A stretch of 64,000 bases of DNA from Bacteroidales bacterium. Its GTDB lineage: Bacteria; Bacteroidota; Bacteroidia; Bacteroidales; WCHB1-69. The position numbers and the translations under genes are program-made. The first letter of the stretch is position 1. Each line of letters opens with the position of its first letter. Of the stretch, positions 36,215 to 45,856 are shown in pieces. The DNA is taken from NCBI GenBank assembly GCA_017649855.1, contig JAGCGA010000033.1, forward strand, positions 1,016 to 65,015, read 5' to 3'. The notes under the pieces are model-generated. The model did no database searches. It saw only the letters and a list, made by a program, of their open reading frames with translations, and was not told the origin of the DNA.

Positions 36215-38092
36215 ATGAAGACAACAATATTCTATAGGAAACAGTCTGGGCATCGTCTGCTCTTGATGACTATCGGCTTGGTATGCATCATCAATCTGTC
36301 CTCCTGTCAGAACAACAGCCTGCATCATCCCAAGCCGTCATGGTTCAAATATTACCATGTCTATGATGCGCATGAGCAACAGGCCTTCTATCGTCAGGCT
36401 ATCCCGCAGCACACGGATCCTGACTCCAACATCCAGTACGGGCTGCAGCATTTCTACGGACAACGCGACTACGAGCCCTTCTGGACCGGCAAAGGTCTTG
36501 ACGAGGCCATGAGCGGAACCCTCCTGACCTATCTGGCCGAGCTTACCCAGCACGGCATCAATCCCAAACAGCTGGGATATGACCATATTCAAAGGAGCAT
36601 CGACTCGCTGAAAAACCATCTGGTGGAGAACAGGGACAGTACGCTCTATCAACAGTTGCTGGATCTGGAGCTGGCCCTGACGAAGTCCTATCTGCGTTAT
36701 ATGACCACCATGCGATATGGCATCAGCGACCCCAAGACCGTCAACGGCGGAAAGTGGCTGTACAAGTATGAAAAGCCTGACACGGCCTTTGTGCAAGAGG
36801 CGCTTGCACAAATGGAACACTTGGAGAAGACGTTGCAGAAGGTGCAGATTGAAGACCCCGTGTACCGCCGTCATCAGGAGGAGTTGGCCCGCTGGTATCG
36901 GAAGGCGGAGCAGACGCCTGACACGCTGGCACAGGGCAACTGGTATAGACGCAGTGAGGATTCCAGATACAGGACGCTCTGCCAAAGACTGAAATGGATG
37001 GGGGTGTTAGACTCCGCCGCCACGGACACCAACCGGCTGACGCCTACTGTCCTGAAAGCCGTCAACCTGTTCCGTGCCGACAACGCCATCCCGACCAGTG
37101 ACACGTTGGACCGGGAGACCATCAGCAAGCTGAACCGGCCGGCCAGCTACTACATCAACCGCCTGTCGGCCAACATGGAGCGACTGCGGTGGCACGTCAC
37201 CCCGGCCAAAGACCGGACCTACATCGCGGTCAACATCCCCGACTTCACCCTGTGCACCTTCGTGGAGGACACCATAGCCTTCCAGACCCGGATATGCTGC
37301 GGGCGCACTGCCGACCCAGCCAAAGCCTCCTGGCGCAAGAAGGCGAACGGCCTCATCCTCGCCGCCAAGAGCGAGTCACCCCTGCTCTACAGCAAGATCA
37401 ACTATATCGTGCTCAACCCGGAATGGAACATCCCCTACGACATCATCAAGAACGAATACTACCAGAAGCTTTGCAAGAGCAACACGGCCGTCGTCAACAA
37501 AGAGCACCTCTACATCAAGGATGCCCGCAACGGACAGTATGTGAAGCCTGAGAGCATCGACTGGACCAAGGTCAACCGGCAGAACATCCCCTATCGGCTC
37601 TATCAGACCTCAGGACGCTATAATGCGTTGGGGCAGATCAAGTTCAGCTTCCCCAACACGGAGTCCGTCTATCTGCACGACACCAACAACAAGGGCGCCT
37701 TCAAGCGTCGGGTGCGTGCCCTTTCCCATGGCTGCATCCGTGTGGAAAACCCCTTCGAGCTCGCCGAGGTACTCTACGATCTCAACGAGTTCGACACCAT
37801 CCGCAAAGAGCAAATAGACATCATCATGGGCAAAGAGCCCACCACCGAGAAAGGAGAGAAGTATCTGGAGAAGCTGGAGGAACAAGACTCCATCCGTTAT
37901 GAGAAGCTCTCCGATTATGACAAGCAGTTCTACCGCAAGCTGATGCCCACCTCCATCCACCTGAAGAAGCAGATGCCGCTCTACATTGAGTACTACACCT
38001 GTTTTTTGGATGAGAAAGGGAGGATGCAATACCGCAACGACATCTACTACAAAGATGACAATATCTTGATTTTCACTGGAATGGAAAGATAG
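36215..38092 (+). CDS. L,D-transpeptidase (YcbB/LdtD-like, YkuD domain)
   Basis: The catalytic segment is YLHDTNNKGAFKRRVRALSHGCIRVENP (HxxxxxxSHGC). At 625 aa the size is typical of YcbB-like enzymes. Confidence 0.8.
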   Translation: MKTTIFYRKQSGHRLLLMTIGLVCIINLSSCQNNSLHHPKPSWFKYYHVYDAHEQQAFYRQAIPQHTDPDSNIQYGLQHFYGQRDYEPFWTGKGLDEAMSGTLLTYLAELTQHGINPKQLGYDHIQRSIDSLKNHLVENRDSTLYQQLLDLELALTKSYLRYMTTMRYGISDPKTVNGGKWLYKYEKPDTAFVQEALAQMEHLEKTLQKVQIEDPVYRRHQEELARWYRKAEQTPDTLAQGNWYRRSEDSRYRTLCQRLKWMGVLDSAATDTNRLTPTVLKAVNLFRADNAIPTSDTLDRETISKLNRPASYYINRLSANMERLRWHVTPAKDRTYIAVNIPDFTLCTFVEDTIAFQTRICCGRTADPAKASWRKKANGLILAAKSESPLLYSKINYIVLNPEWNIPYDIIKNEYYQKLCKSNTAVVNKEHLYIKDARNGQYVKPESIDWTKVNRQNIPYRLYQTSGRYNALGQIKFSFPNTESVYLHDTNNKGAFKRRVRALSHGCIRVENPFELAEVLYDLNEFDTIRKEQIDIIMGKEPTTEKGEKYLEKLEEQDSIRYEKLSDYDKQFYRKLMPTSIHLKKQMPLYIEYYTCFLDEKGRMQYRNDIYYKDDNILIFTGMER

Positions 38093-38095
38093 GGC

Positions 38096-39514
38096 ATGGC
38101 TACGCGGGAAGAGTTCACAGGACGGTTATATCATCATTTCTCCTTCACACCCACGCCTTCGCAGGCGGAGGCCATCGAGCGTTTGTCGGAGTTCATCTAC
38201 GACCGGGGAGAGCAGTTCCTCTTCATCATGAAGGGTTATGCCGGCACTGGCAAGACCAGCCTGATGAGTGCCTTGGTCGCTGCCTTGGACGAGTTGAAGG
38301 TACGTACGGTACTGTTGGCGCCTACCGGGCGCGCCGCCAAGGTATTGTCGCAATATACCGGCCGCAAGGCCTACACCATCCACAAGTGGATATACCGGAT
38401 TGCCCAGCGCGGCGGCGCGCACTACTTTGTCCGCAAGGAGAACAAATACCAGCACACCCTCTTCATCGTGGACGAGGCCTCCATGATCTCCGCCGAAGCG
38501 AACAGCGACGGCCTGGGCATGGCCAGCCTCCTGGACGACCTGATCGACTACGTCTATTCATCGCCGCACAACCGGATGCTGCTCATCGGGGATGATGCGC
38601 AGCTGCCACCCGTTCACGCGGTCGAGAGCCCGGCCCTCGCGGTGGACTACATGAAGCACACCTATGACGTGACGCCCTACACCTGCCGTCTCACCGACGT
38701 GGTGCGCCAGGCCCAGGAGTCCGGCATCCTCGCCTCCGCCACCACCTTGCGATACAAGATCGACACCGGCGACTTCTACCCTCCCCTTTTCTCCAAGCAG
38801 CCCATGCCCGATGTGAGCCGCATCCACGGGGGCGACCTGGAAGAGCTCTACAACAGTCTCTATGGCCAGTACGGCTCTGAGGAGATCGTCACCATCACCC
38901 GCTCCAACAAACGGGCCAACATCTTCAACCAGGAGATCCGTAACCGCATCCACTTCCGCGAGAACCGCATCGCCACCGGCGACTTCCTCATGGCCGTAAA
39001 GAACAACTACTACTGGGTTGACGAGGCTTCGGAAGTGGGCTTTCTGGCCAATGGCGACATCATGGAGGTGATGAGCATCCATCGCCAGCAGGAGATCTAC
39101 GGCTTCCATTTCGCGGATGTCACCGTCCGCCTGTGCGACTACCCCGACCAGCCCAACATAGACCTCAAGATCATCTTGGAGAGCTTGGAGGTGGAGAGCG
39201 CCTCGCTATCCTTTGAGGACAACCAGCGGCTCTACCAGGCCATCGCCGAAGACTATCAGGAGATCACGGATCCGCGGGCCCGCTTCATCCGTATCAAAAA
39301 CGACCCCTACCTCAATGCCGTGCAGGTCAAGTTCGCCTACGCGCTCACCTGCCACAAGACCCAGGGTGGCCAGTGGAAACAAGTCATCATCGACAAAGGA
39401 TTTGTGCCGGAAGACGGCTTTGACAAGGAGTTCCTCCGTTGGCTGTACACAGCCCTGACGCGGAGTACCGAGCAGGTCTATCTGCTCAACTTCGAGGATG
39501 AGTATTTCGACTAA
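38096..39514 (+). CDS. RecD-like SF1 DNA helicase / AAA ATPase
   Basis: It has Walker A GYAGTGKTS, Walker B LFIVDEASM and the C-terminal motif YALTCHKTQGGQW. Confidence 0.75.
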   Translation: MATREEFTGRLYHHFSFTPTPSQAEAIERLSEFIYDRGEQFLFIMKGYAGTGKTSLMSALVAALDELKVRTVLLAPTGRAAKVLSQYTGRKAYTIHKWIYRIAQRGGAHYFVRKENKYQHTLFIVDEASMISAEANSDGLGMASLLDDLIDYVYSSPHNRMLLIGDDAQLPPVHAVESPALAVDYMKHTYDVTPYTCRLTDVVRQAQESGILASATTLRYKIDTGDFYPPLFSKQPMPDVSRIHGGDLEELYNSLYGQYGSEEIVTITRSNKRANIFNQEIRNRIHFRENRIATGDFLMAVKNNYYWVDEASEVGFLANGDIMEVMSIHRQQEIYGFHFADVTVRLCDYPDQPNIDLKIILESLEVESASLSFEDNQRLYQAIAEDYQEITDPRARFIRIKNDPYLNAVQVKFAYALTCHKTQGGQWKQVIIDKGFVPEDGFDKEFLRWLYTALTRSTEQVYLLNFEDEYFD

Positions 39515-40680
39515 CGATCGCGCAGGGCATCACAGATCCGGCGCAGTCCCTCCTCCAAGGTGGCGCGTGGACATCCGAAGTTCAGCCGCATAAAGCCTTC
39601 CCCGTCGGCGCCATAGTCCAGGCCGCTGTTCAATCCCACCTTCCCCTCTTCAATCAGGATGCGTACCAGCTCTTCATGGGGCAAGCCATAGGCTCTGAAG
39701 TCGAGCCATAGCAAGAAAGAGGCTTCCGGGCGCATCGCCACCACCTTGGGTGCATGCTCAGCCAGATAGGCAAGAGCAAAGTCCACATTCTCTTGCAGAT
39801 ACGACAGCAGCTGAAGACGCCACTCCTCGCCATAGCGGAAGGCAGCCTCCGCCCCCACATAGGCGAAGAGATGCCCTAACGACAGCTCGTTGGCATCCAG
39901 GAAGCCGAAGAACTGGCGACGGATGTCAGGATCCGGCACATAGCAGACCGAAGAGCCCAGCCCCGCCATGTTGAAGGTCTTGCTGGGCGCAAAAAAGGTG
40001 ATGGCATTATGGAAAGCCTCCTCCGACACCGTCGTAAAGGAGGTGTGACGATGTCCCGGCAAGGTAAGGTCGGCATGGATCTCATCGGCGATGACAAGCA
40101 CCTTCTGCCGGTAACAGATCTCGGCGATGCGCCGTAGCTCCTCCGGAGTCCAGACCGTGCCCCCCGGATTGTGCGGGTTGGCGAGAATCATCACCTTACA
40201 CCCTTTGGCTTTCTCCTCCAAATCCTCATAGTCGATCTCAAAACGACCCTTCACGGTCTTCAAGCTGCTGCTGACAAAACGGCGGCCGCTGCGATGAGGC
40301 ACATTCAGGAAGGGAGGATAAACGGGAGTGGTCACCAAGACATGATCGCCGGGCTGGGTGAAGGCCTGCAAGACAAAGGCAATGCCCTGCACCACCCCGG
40401 GGATGAAGTGCATCTTCGACCACTTGGCCTCGATGCCGTAGTGCGACTGGAACCAGTTGACCACTGCACAGACATACGTGGTGGGCGCAAATGTGTAGCC
40501 AAAGACCTCATGGGCACAGCGTTCCCGGACAGCATTGACCACAAAGTCGGGAGTCTTGAAGTCCATATCCGCCACCCACATAGGCAACAGGTCATCCGTG
40601 CCGAAGACCTCCTTCAGCATATCATGTTTCACACAGGAAGTACCACGTCTGACGACGGGCTCATCAAAGTCGTAATTCAT
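39511..40680 (-). CDS. PatB/MalY-type PLP-dependent C-S lyase (aminotransferase class I/II)
   Basis: It has WVADMDF near the N-terminus, NPHNPGG and SPSKTFNMAG (the PLP lysine). It is 389 aa long. Confidence 0.8.
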   Translation of the reverse strand: MNYDFDEPVVRRGTSCVKHDMLKEVFGTDDLLPMWVADMDFKTPDFVVNAVRERCAHEVFGYTFAPTTYVCAVVNWFQSHYGIEAKWSKMHFIPGVVQGIAFVLQAFTQPGDHVLVTTPVYPPFLNVPHRSGRRFVSSSLKTVKGRFEIDYEDLEEKAKGCKVMILANPHNPGGTVWTPEELRRIAEICYRQKVLVIADEIHADLTLPGHRHTSFTTVSEEAFHNAITFFAPSKTFNMAGLGSSVCYVPDPDIRRQFFGFLDANELSLGHLFAYVGAEAAFRYGEEWRLQLLSYLQENVDFALAYLAEHAPKVVAMRPEASFLLWLDFRAYGLPHEELVRILIEEGKVGLNSGLDYGADGEGFMRLNFGCPRATLEEGLRRICDALRDR

Positions 40681-40778
40681 AATCAGTTGTCAGTTGTTAG
40701 TTAGAAGTTATAGTCAAGGTTCAAGTTGAGCTAGCTAATGGCCAATGGCTAATGGCTAACGGCTAACAGCCAACATCC
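40681..40778. repeat. 7-nt word array (cagttgt cagttgt tagttag aagttat agtcaag gttcaag ttgagct agctaat ggccaat ggctaat ggctaac ggctaac agccaac)
   Basis: It has 13 units in strict register. Its right end supplies the last three codons and the stop codon of the ispG ORF. Confidence 0.85.
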
Positions 40779-42118
40779 GTCTCCGCTATCAACGTTTCCA
40801 GCATGTCTAAAGCCTCCGGGATAGGGATCGGGTTGGTGAGTTTCTCCTTGGCTCGATAGACGCATACCAGTCCTTGGGAGGCGCCCACGATGCCATAGTC
40901 GGCATCGGCCATCTCGCCGGGTCCATTGACGATACAGCCCATCACCCCGATCTTGAGGCCGGGATGGTCGGCAAACCGTTCTTTGACCATGGCTACCACC
41001 GATTGGATGTCGTATTGGGTACGGCCGCAGGAGGGGCAGGATATGAACTCCGTCTTGCTCATCCGTATGCGGCAAGCCTGCAGGATGGTGGCCTGCAGAT
41101 CCTCCAGCTGCTGAGCCGTCATGCAGTCATTCTCCAGCACCAGGTCTTTGATATGATAACGATAGTAGGCGTAACCGGCCATAGCCGCCGCCGAGATCAT
41201 CCACTGCTCGGGGTCCGCCACAGAAGCGGAGTAATAGAGGGTTTGGCCTTTCACGACAGCCTCTTCGGGATGCAGTGTGGAGACCGTCTGCACAAGCCGA
41301 TGGGCAAAGGGAGTCTCATTCTCCGGGGGCTCCGTCAGGGATACGCGGATGGTGTCGCCCACGCCCATCAGGAGTAGCGCGCCGATGCCGGCGGCCGACT
41401 TCACCCGGCCTTCCAGACCACAGCCCGCCTCGGTGACACCGAGATGGAGGGGATATACCTGCCCACGCTGCCGCATAGCCTCGTGCAGCCGCAAGGTGGC
41501 CTCCATCATCGTCTGCACATTACTCGACTTCATGGAGATGACCATCTTGTGGAAGTCCGCCTGGTCGCAGATGTCGAGCCATTCCAAGGCCGACTGCACC
41601 ATAGCCTCCGGCGTGTTGCCATAGCGGTTCAGGATGCGGTCGCAAAGGGAGCCCTGGTTGATGCCAATCCGGAGCGCCGTGCCATGGGCCCGACAGATCT
41701 CGAACAACGGACGGGCACGCTCAGCCATCCGCCGCACCGCCTCCGCATATTCGTCGTCTGTCATCGTGAAAGAGGCAAAGACACGCTTGTCGGTGTAATT
41801 ACCAGGGTTGATGCGCACCTTCTCCACGAAGGAGGCCACCGCTTCAGCCACCTTCGGGTTGAAGTGGACATCGGCCACGATGGGGGTGTCATACCCTTTT
41901 TGGCGTAGCTGCTGCTGTATCTGGGCCAGCGGCTCCACCTCCCGCATCGTGGGCACCGTCAGGCGAACCATCTGGGCTCCGGCAGCTATCATCCGTTCGC
42001 ACTGGGCCACCGAAGCCGCCACATCCAGTGTGTCGGTGTTCGTCATCGACTGCACCACCACGGGCGCATCGCCGCCTATCGCAAGGCGGCCAATCTCGAA
42101 CTGGACATTGCTATGCAT
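40763..42118 (-). CDS. ispG: 4-hydroxy-3-methylbut-2-enyl diphosphate synthase
   Basis: It has VVVQSMTNT, RINPGN and the CPSCGRT Fe-S cluster motif. A moderate insert lies between the TIM barrel and the Fe-S domain. Confidence 0.9.
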   Translation of the reverse strand: MHSNVQFEIGRLAIGGDAPVVVQSMTNTDTLDVAASVAQCERMIAAGAQMVRLTVPTMREVEPLAQIQQQLRQKGYDTPIVADVHFNPKVAEAVASFVEKVRINPGNYTDKRVFASFTMTDDEYAEAVRRMAERARPLFEICRAHGTALRIGINQGSLCDRILNRYGNTPEAMVQSALEWLDICDQADFHKMVISMKSSNVQTMMEATLRLHEAMRQRGQVYPLHLGVTEAGCGLEGRVKSAAGIGALLLMGVGDTIRVSLTEPPENETPFAHRLVQTVSTLHPEEAVVKGQTLYYSASVADPEQWMISAAAMAGYAYYRYHIKDLVLENDCMTAQQLEDLQATILQACRIRMSKTEFISCPSCGRTQYDIQSVVAMVKERFADHPGLKIGVMGCIVNGPGEMADADYGIVGASQGLVCVYRAKEKLTNPIPIPEALDMLETLIAETDVGC

Positions 42119-43163
42119 GATGCTGGATTTTGCTGAATCCCTGGGCTTTGATCTCTATCTGATGATTGTCGGAGGTCAGCAGCTGACAGCCATAGGCCTT
42201 CTCCTTCACATAGCCAACGATCGAGACATTCTCCACATTCTTGATCTTCTCGAAATCCGCCTGCTTGATCGTAAACATCAGTTCATAGTCGTCGCCACCA
42301 TTGAGGGCTGCAACCGTATGGACGATGTCGAAGCTCTTCAGCGTGTTGAAGGTCAGCTCCGTCATGGGGATACGTTCCTCGAAGAGGATGGCGCCTTTGT
42401 CGGAGGCGTGACAGATCTGCATCAGGGCCGCGGCCATCCCGTCGCACACGTTGGCCATGGCGGTAGGGACAATGTTCTCGCGGCGGAGCGCCTCGATGAT
42501 GTCCAATCGGGCCTCCGGACGGAGCTGACGCTGTAGGAGATAGTCCTGACCGGCGAAGTCGGGCTGCACACCGGAGTTGGCGTCAAAGACCTTCTTCTCG
42601 CGTTCCAGGAGGAGCAGACCCGCGTAGGCTGCGGCATAGTCGCCCGACACACAAAGCAGCTCGTTCTCGGCCGCACCGGAACGTCTGGTCAGATGGGCTG
42701 ACTCGCACTCCCCTATCGCGGTCGCACTGACAATCAGGTCCCGACGGGAGGTCGTCACATCCAGACCGACAAGGTCCACATGCAGATTCTCACAGTTGGT
42801 GGCCACTCCGTCCAGTAGGTCTTGCACCGCCTTGAGGTCAAAACGGTTGGAGATAGCCACCGTGAGGGTCAACTGGGTGGGCACGGCGTTCATGGCCAGC
42901 AGGTCCGAGCAGACCACCGTCACGATCTTGTAGCCAAGGTACTGGAGGGGCACATAGGTGAGGTCGAAATGGACATTCTCCATGAAGACCTTCGAAGAGG
43001 TGACCACCTCGTCGGCACCGGGGGCGACGACAGAAGCATCATCACCCACGCCCACCACCGTGGAGGCGTTCTCTTGGGCAAAGCCTTTGGCCAACTCGGC
43101 AATGAGGTCATACTTGCCGACGGAGGGCATCCCCTCTTCGGCCCTGTTGTTCATATCTTGCAT
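42111..43163 (-). CDS. thiL: thiamine-monophosphate kinase (AIR-synthase-related fold)
   Basis: It has VGDDASVV and the SDLLAMNA motifs typical of ThiL. It overlaps ispG by 8 nt. Confidence 0.7.
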   Translation of the reverse strand: MQDMNNRAEEGMPSVGKYDLIAELAKGFAQENASTVVGVGDDASVVAPGADEVVTSSKVFMENVHFDLTYVPLQYLGYKIVTVVCSDLLAMNAVPTQLTLTVAISNRFDLKAVQDLLDGVATNCENLHVDLVGLDVTTSRRDLIVSATAIGECESAHLTRRSGAAENELLCVSGDYAAAYAGLLLLEREKKVFDANSGVQPDFAGQDYLLQRQLRPEARLDIIEALRRENIVPTAMANVCDGMAAALMQICHASDKGAILFEERIPMTELTFNTLKSFDIVHTVAALNGGDDYELMFTIKQADFEKIKNVENVSIVGYVKEKAYGCQLLTSDNHQIEIKAQGFSKIQHHA

Positions 43164-43178
43164 AAAAATAGAAATTGT

Positions 43179-44111
43179 CTATACGTAATAGTGCTTGGAG
43201 ATGGAAGCACATTGCTCGATGCTCTCGATGACATCGGCCATCAGCTTGGCAACGGAGACGACCCGCACCTTGCTGCACGGACGTTTCAACGGGATGGAGT
43301 CGGTAACCAGCACCGTCTCCAGCACGGAGTTCTCAATTCTCTCCAAAGCCTCACCGGAGAAGAGACCGTGTGCACACATGGCATTCACGCTCTTGGCACC
43401 CATCGCCTTGATGGCTTCCGCTGCTTTGCAGAGCGTGCCGGCCGTATCGATGATGTCATCCACCAGGATAACCTCCTTGCCACGAACGTCACCCAGGATA
43501 TGCAACGAGGCGACTTCGTTCTGTTTCTCTCTCTGCTTGAAGCCAATAGCCAGATCGCAGTTCAGAGCCTTGGCATAGGTGGAAGCACGCTTGGTACCAC
43601 CCGTGTCAGGAGAGGCAATCATAATGTCGGGATTGTTCAGACTCTGAATGTATGGAATAAACACATTGGAAGCGAAAAGATGGTCCACGGGTACCTCCAG
43701 GAATCCTTGGATCTGGTCAGCGTGCAAATCCATCGTGATCACGCGGTTCACGCCGGCAGTAGTCAGAAGGTTGCACATCAGCTTGGCACCGATGGAGGTT
43801 CTGGGTTTGTCTTTACGATCCTGACGGGCATAGCCGAAGTAAGGCATCACCGCAATGATGTTGCGCGCGGAAGCACGTTTCGCAGCATCAATGGCAATCA
43901 ACAGCTCAATGATGTTATCCGCCGGCGAGAAGGTCGGCTGGATGATGAAAACATCCTTACCACGAATGGTATCATTGAAATAAACCTGAATCTCTCCGTC
44001 TTTGAACTGGAGAATGTCCACCGGGAAAAGCGGCATGTTCAGGTGATCTGCAATACTTTTAGCTAACTCAGGATTGGCACGACCGGCCACCAATACATAG
44101 TTCTTATCCAT
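43179..44111 (-). CDS. prs: ribose-phosphate pyrophosphokinase
   Basis: It has YFGYARQDRK, MDLHADQIQGF and the PRPP loop ILVDDIIDTAGT. Confidence 0.92.
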   Translation of the reverse strand: MDKNYVLVAGRANPELAKSIADHLNMPLFPVDILQFKDGEIQVYFNDTIRGKDVFIIQPTFSPADNIIELLIAIDAAKRASARNIIAVMPYFGYARQDRKDKPRTSIGAKLMCNLLTTAGVNRVITMDLHADQIQGFLEVPVDHLFASNVFIPYIQSLNNPDIMIASPDTGGTKRASTYAKALNCDLAIGFKQREKQNEVASLHILGDVRGKEVILVDDIIDTAGTLCKAAEAIKAMGAKSVNAMCAHGLFSGEALERIENSVLETVLVTDSIPLKRPCSKVRVVSVAKLMADVIESIEQCASISKHYYV

Positions 44112-44155
44112 AACTGCTTAATATTTATTGATTTAGAAATTATCAAACCAAAGAG

Positions 44156-44163
44156 CAAAGATA
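44156..44163 (-). promoter_or_regulatory. -7 promoter box TATCTTTG for prs
   Basis: The minus strand reads TATCTTTG, about 45 nt upstream of the ATG at 44111. Confidence 0.4.
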
Positions 44164-44220
44164 CTCATACTCTCGTTAGCCCGCAATTAAAAAATATAAG
44201 AACTTATCAACACTTAAAGA

Positions 44221-44310
44221 TGGCTGTTAGCCATCAGCTATTAGCTGTTAGCCATTGGCTAGTTAAACTATGAACCTTGACTTTGAACTTTGACTAAAAC
44301 TGATAACTGC
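44221..44310. repeat. 7-nt word array (ggctgtt agccatc agctatt agctgtt agccatt ggctagt taaacta tgaacct tgacttt gaacttt gactaaa actgata actgcct)
   Basis: Read directly. It lies between the prfB stop codon and the prs promoter. Confidence 0.85.
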
Positions 44311-44311
44311 C

Positions 44312-45395
44312 TCAGTGTTCTTGCATCAGGTAGGCCTTGATGAAATCATCGATTTCGCCATCCATAACGGCATTCACATTGCCGGTCTCGTAGCCGGTAC
44401 GGAGGTCTTTGACCATCTTGTAGGGTTGCATCACATAGCTGCGGATCTGGCTACCCCACTCGATCTTTTTCTTGGAGCCTTCTATCTCGGCCATCTTCTC
44501 ACGCTTCTTCTCCAGTTCCAGCTGATAGAGGCGGGAGCGCAACATCGTCATCGCCATCTCCCGGTTTTGGTGTTGGAAGCGGGTTACCTGACACTCCACG
44601 ATGATGCCGGAAGGATGGTGGTGCAGACGGACGGCGGTTTCCACCTTGTTGACATTCTGTCCGCCGTGCCCGCTCGAGCGGTAGGTGTCCCAGCTGATGT
44701 CGGCGGGGTTGATGTCGATGACAATATCGTCATTGACAATAGGATAGGCGAACACGGAGGCGAAGGAGGTATGGCGACGGTTCGCGGAGTCGAAGGGAGA
44801 GAGGCGCACCAGCCGGTGGACGCCGATCTCGCTGCGCAGATAGCCATACGCATAGGGGCCTTCCACCTCGACGGAGACAGACTTGACGCCTGCCACATCC
44901 CCATCCTGCTGGTCCAGCATCTTGGTCTTAAAGCCATTACGCTCTGCCCAGCGCAGATACATGCGCAGGAGCATCTCTGCCCAGTCGCAACTCTCCGTGC
45001 CACCGGCACCCGCATTGATGGTGATTACCGCATTGAGGGAGTCCTCCTCATTGCGCATCATATTGCGAAACTCCAACTTCTCAACCATCTGGGTCAGACG
45101 CTGGAAGGACTGCTCCACCTCTTCTTCGGTGGCCTCGCCCGCCTCCAGGAAGTCATTGAGGATGGTCAGTTCTTCGCCTTGCTCAGCGGCTTGTTCATAG
45201 TCTTTGACCCATGCCTTGACCAAGGACATCTCCCGCAGCAACTGCTCTGCCTTCTTGGGATCATCCCAGAAGTCGGCCTGCTGGCTGATCTGTTCCTTTT
45301 CGGCTATCTCGGCCTGTTTCGCATCGATGTCAAAGATACCTCCTTAGCTCACCGAGCCTGTTAAGGATACTTTTTATCTGGTCGTTCGTTATCAT
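44312..45395 (-). CDS. prfB: peptide chain release factor 2, expressed through a programmed +1 frameshift
   Basis: The ATG at 45395 opens a 21-codon frame ([21 protein letters not shown]) that ends in CTT TGA C (plus-strand 45329-45335) and is preceded by AGGAGG. A +1 shift continues as [14 protein letters not shown]... into the 44312-45241 ORF, which carries SPF and GGQ ([10 protein letters not shown]). Confidence 0.92.
45329..45335 (-). promoter_or_regulatory. RF2 autoregulatory +1 frameshift site CUU UGA C
   Basis: The minus strand reads AGGAGG TAT CTT TGA C. The in-frame TGA occupies 45332-45330. Confidence 0.9.
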
Positions 45396-45407
45396 CGCAA
45401 TCGTTCT

Positions 45408-45854
45408 TTAAGCGTTTAAAAAAGCCATGATCTCGCCCATCTCAAAGCCTTTGGTCAGCAGGGCGCGGATCAGTTTGGCACGGTCGTCGGCATCGGCTTG
45501 GTTGAGTCTCTTCCACTTGTCCACCGTGGCGGCAAGCATAGCAGTATACTCCTCTGGGTCGATATCGGCCATAGCCTGGTCGATGACAGCCGGCGCCACC
45601 CCCTTGGCATAGAGTCCCTGGCGGATCTTGAGGCGTCCCCACTGGTTCTCCCGCATCTTGCCACGCACGAAGAGGGCCGCGAAGCGCGCGTCATCCACAA
45701 AGCTCTGGTCTTTCAGGCGGCGCAAGATCTCCTCACGCTGCGCACTGGAGATGGTCAGACCGGTCATCTTCTTGCGGACATCGGCCTCGCACCGCTCCTG
45801 ATAGGCGCAGTAGCGCTCCATCTTCACCATTATGTCTGAAGGCACTTCCACCAT
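45408..45854 (-). CDS. recX: RecX family regulatory protein
   Basis: It reads YCAYQERCEADVRKKM...FVDDARFAALFVRGK, a RecX-type three-helix repeat pattern. It is 148 aa long. Confidence 0.75.
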   Translation of the reverse strand: MVEVPSDIMVKMERYCAYQERCEADVRKKMTGLTISSAQREEILRRLKDQSFVDDARFAALFVRGKMRENQWGRLKIRQGLYAKGVAPAVIDQAMADIDPEEYTAMLAATVDKWKRLNQADADDRAKLIRALLTKGFEMGEIMAFLNA

Positions 45855-45856
45855 AG

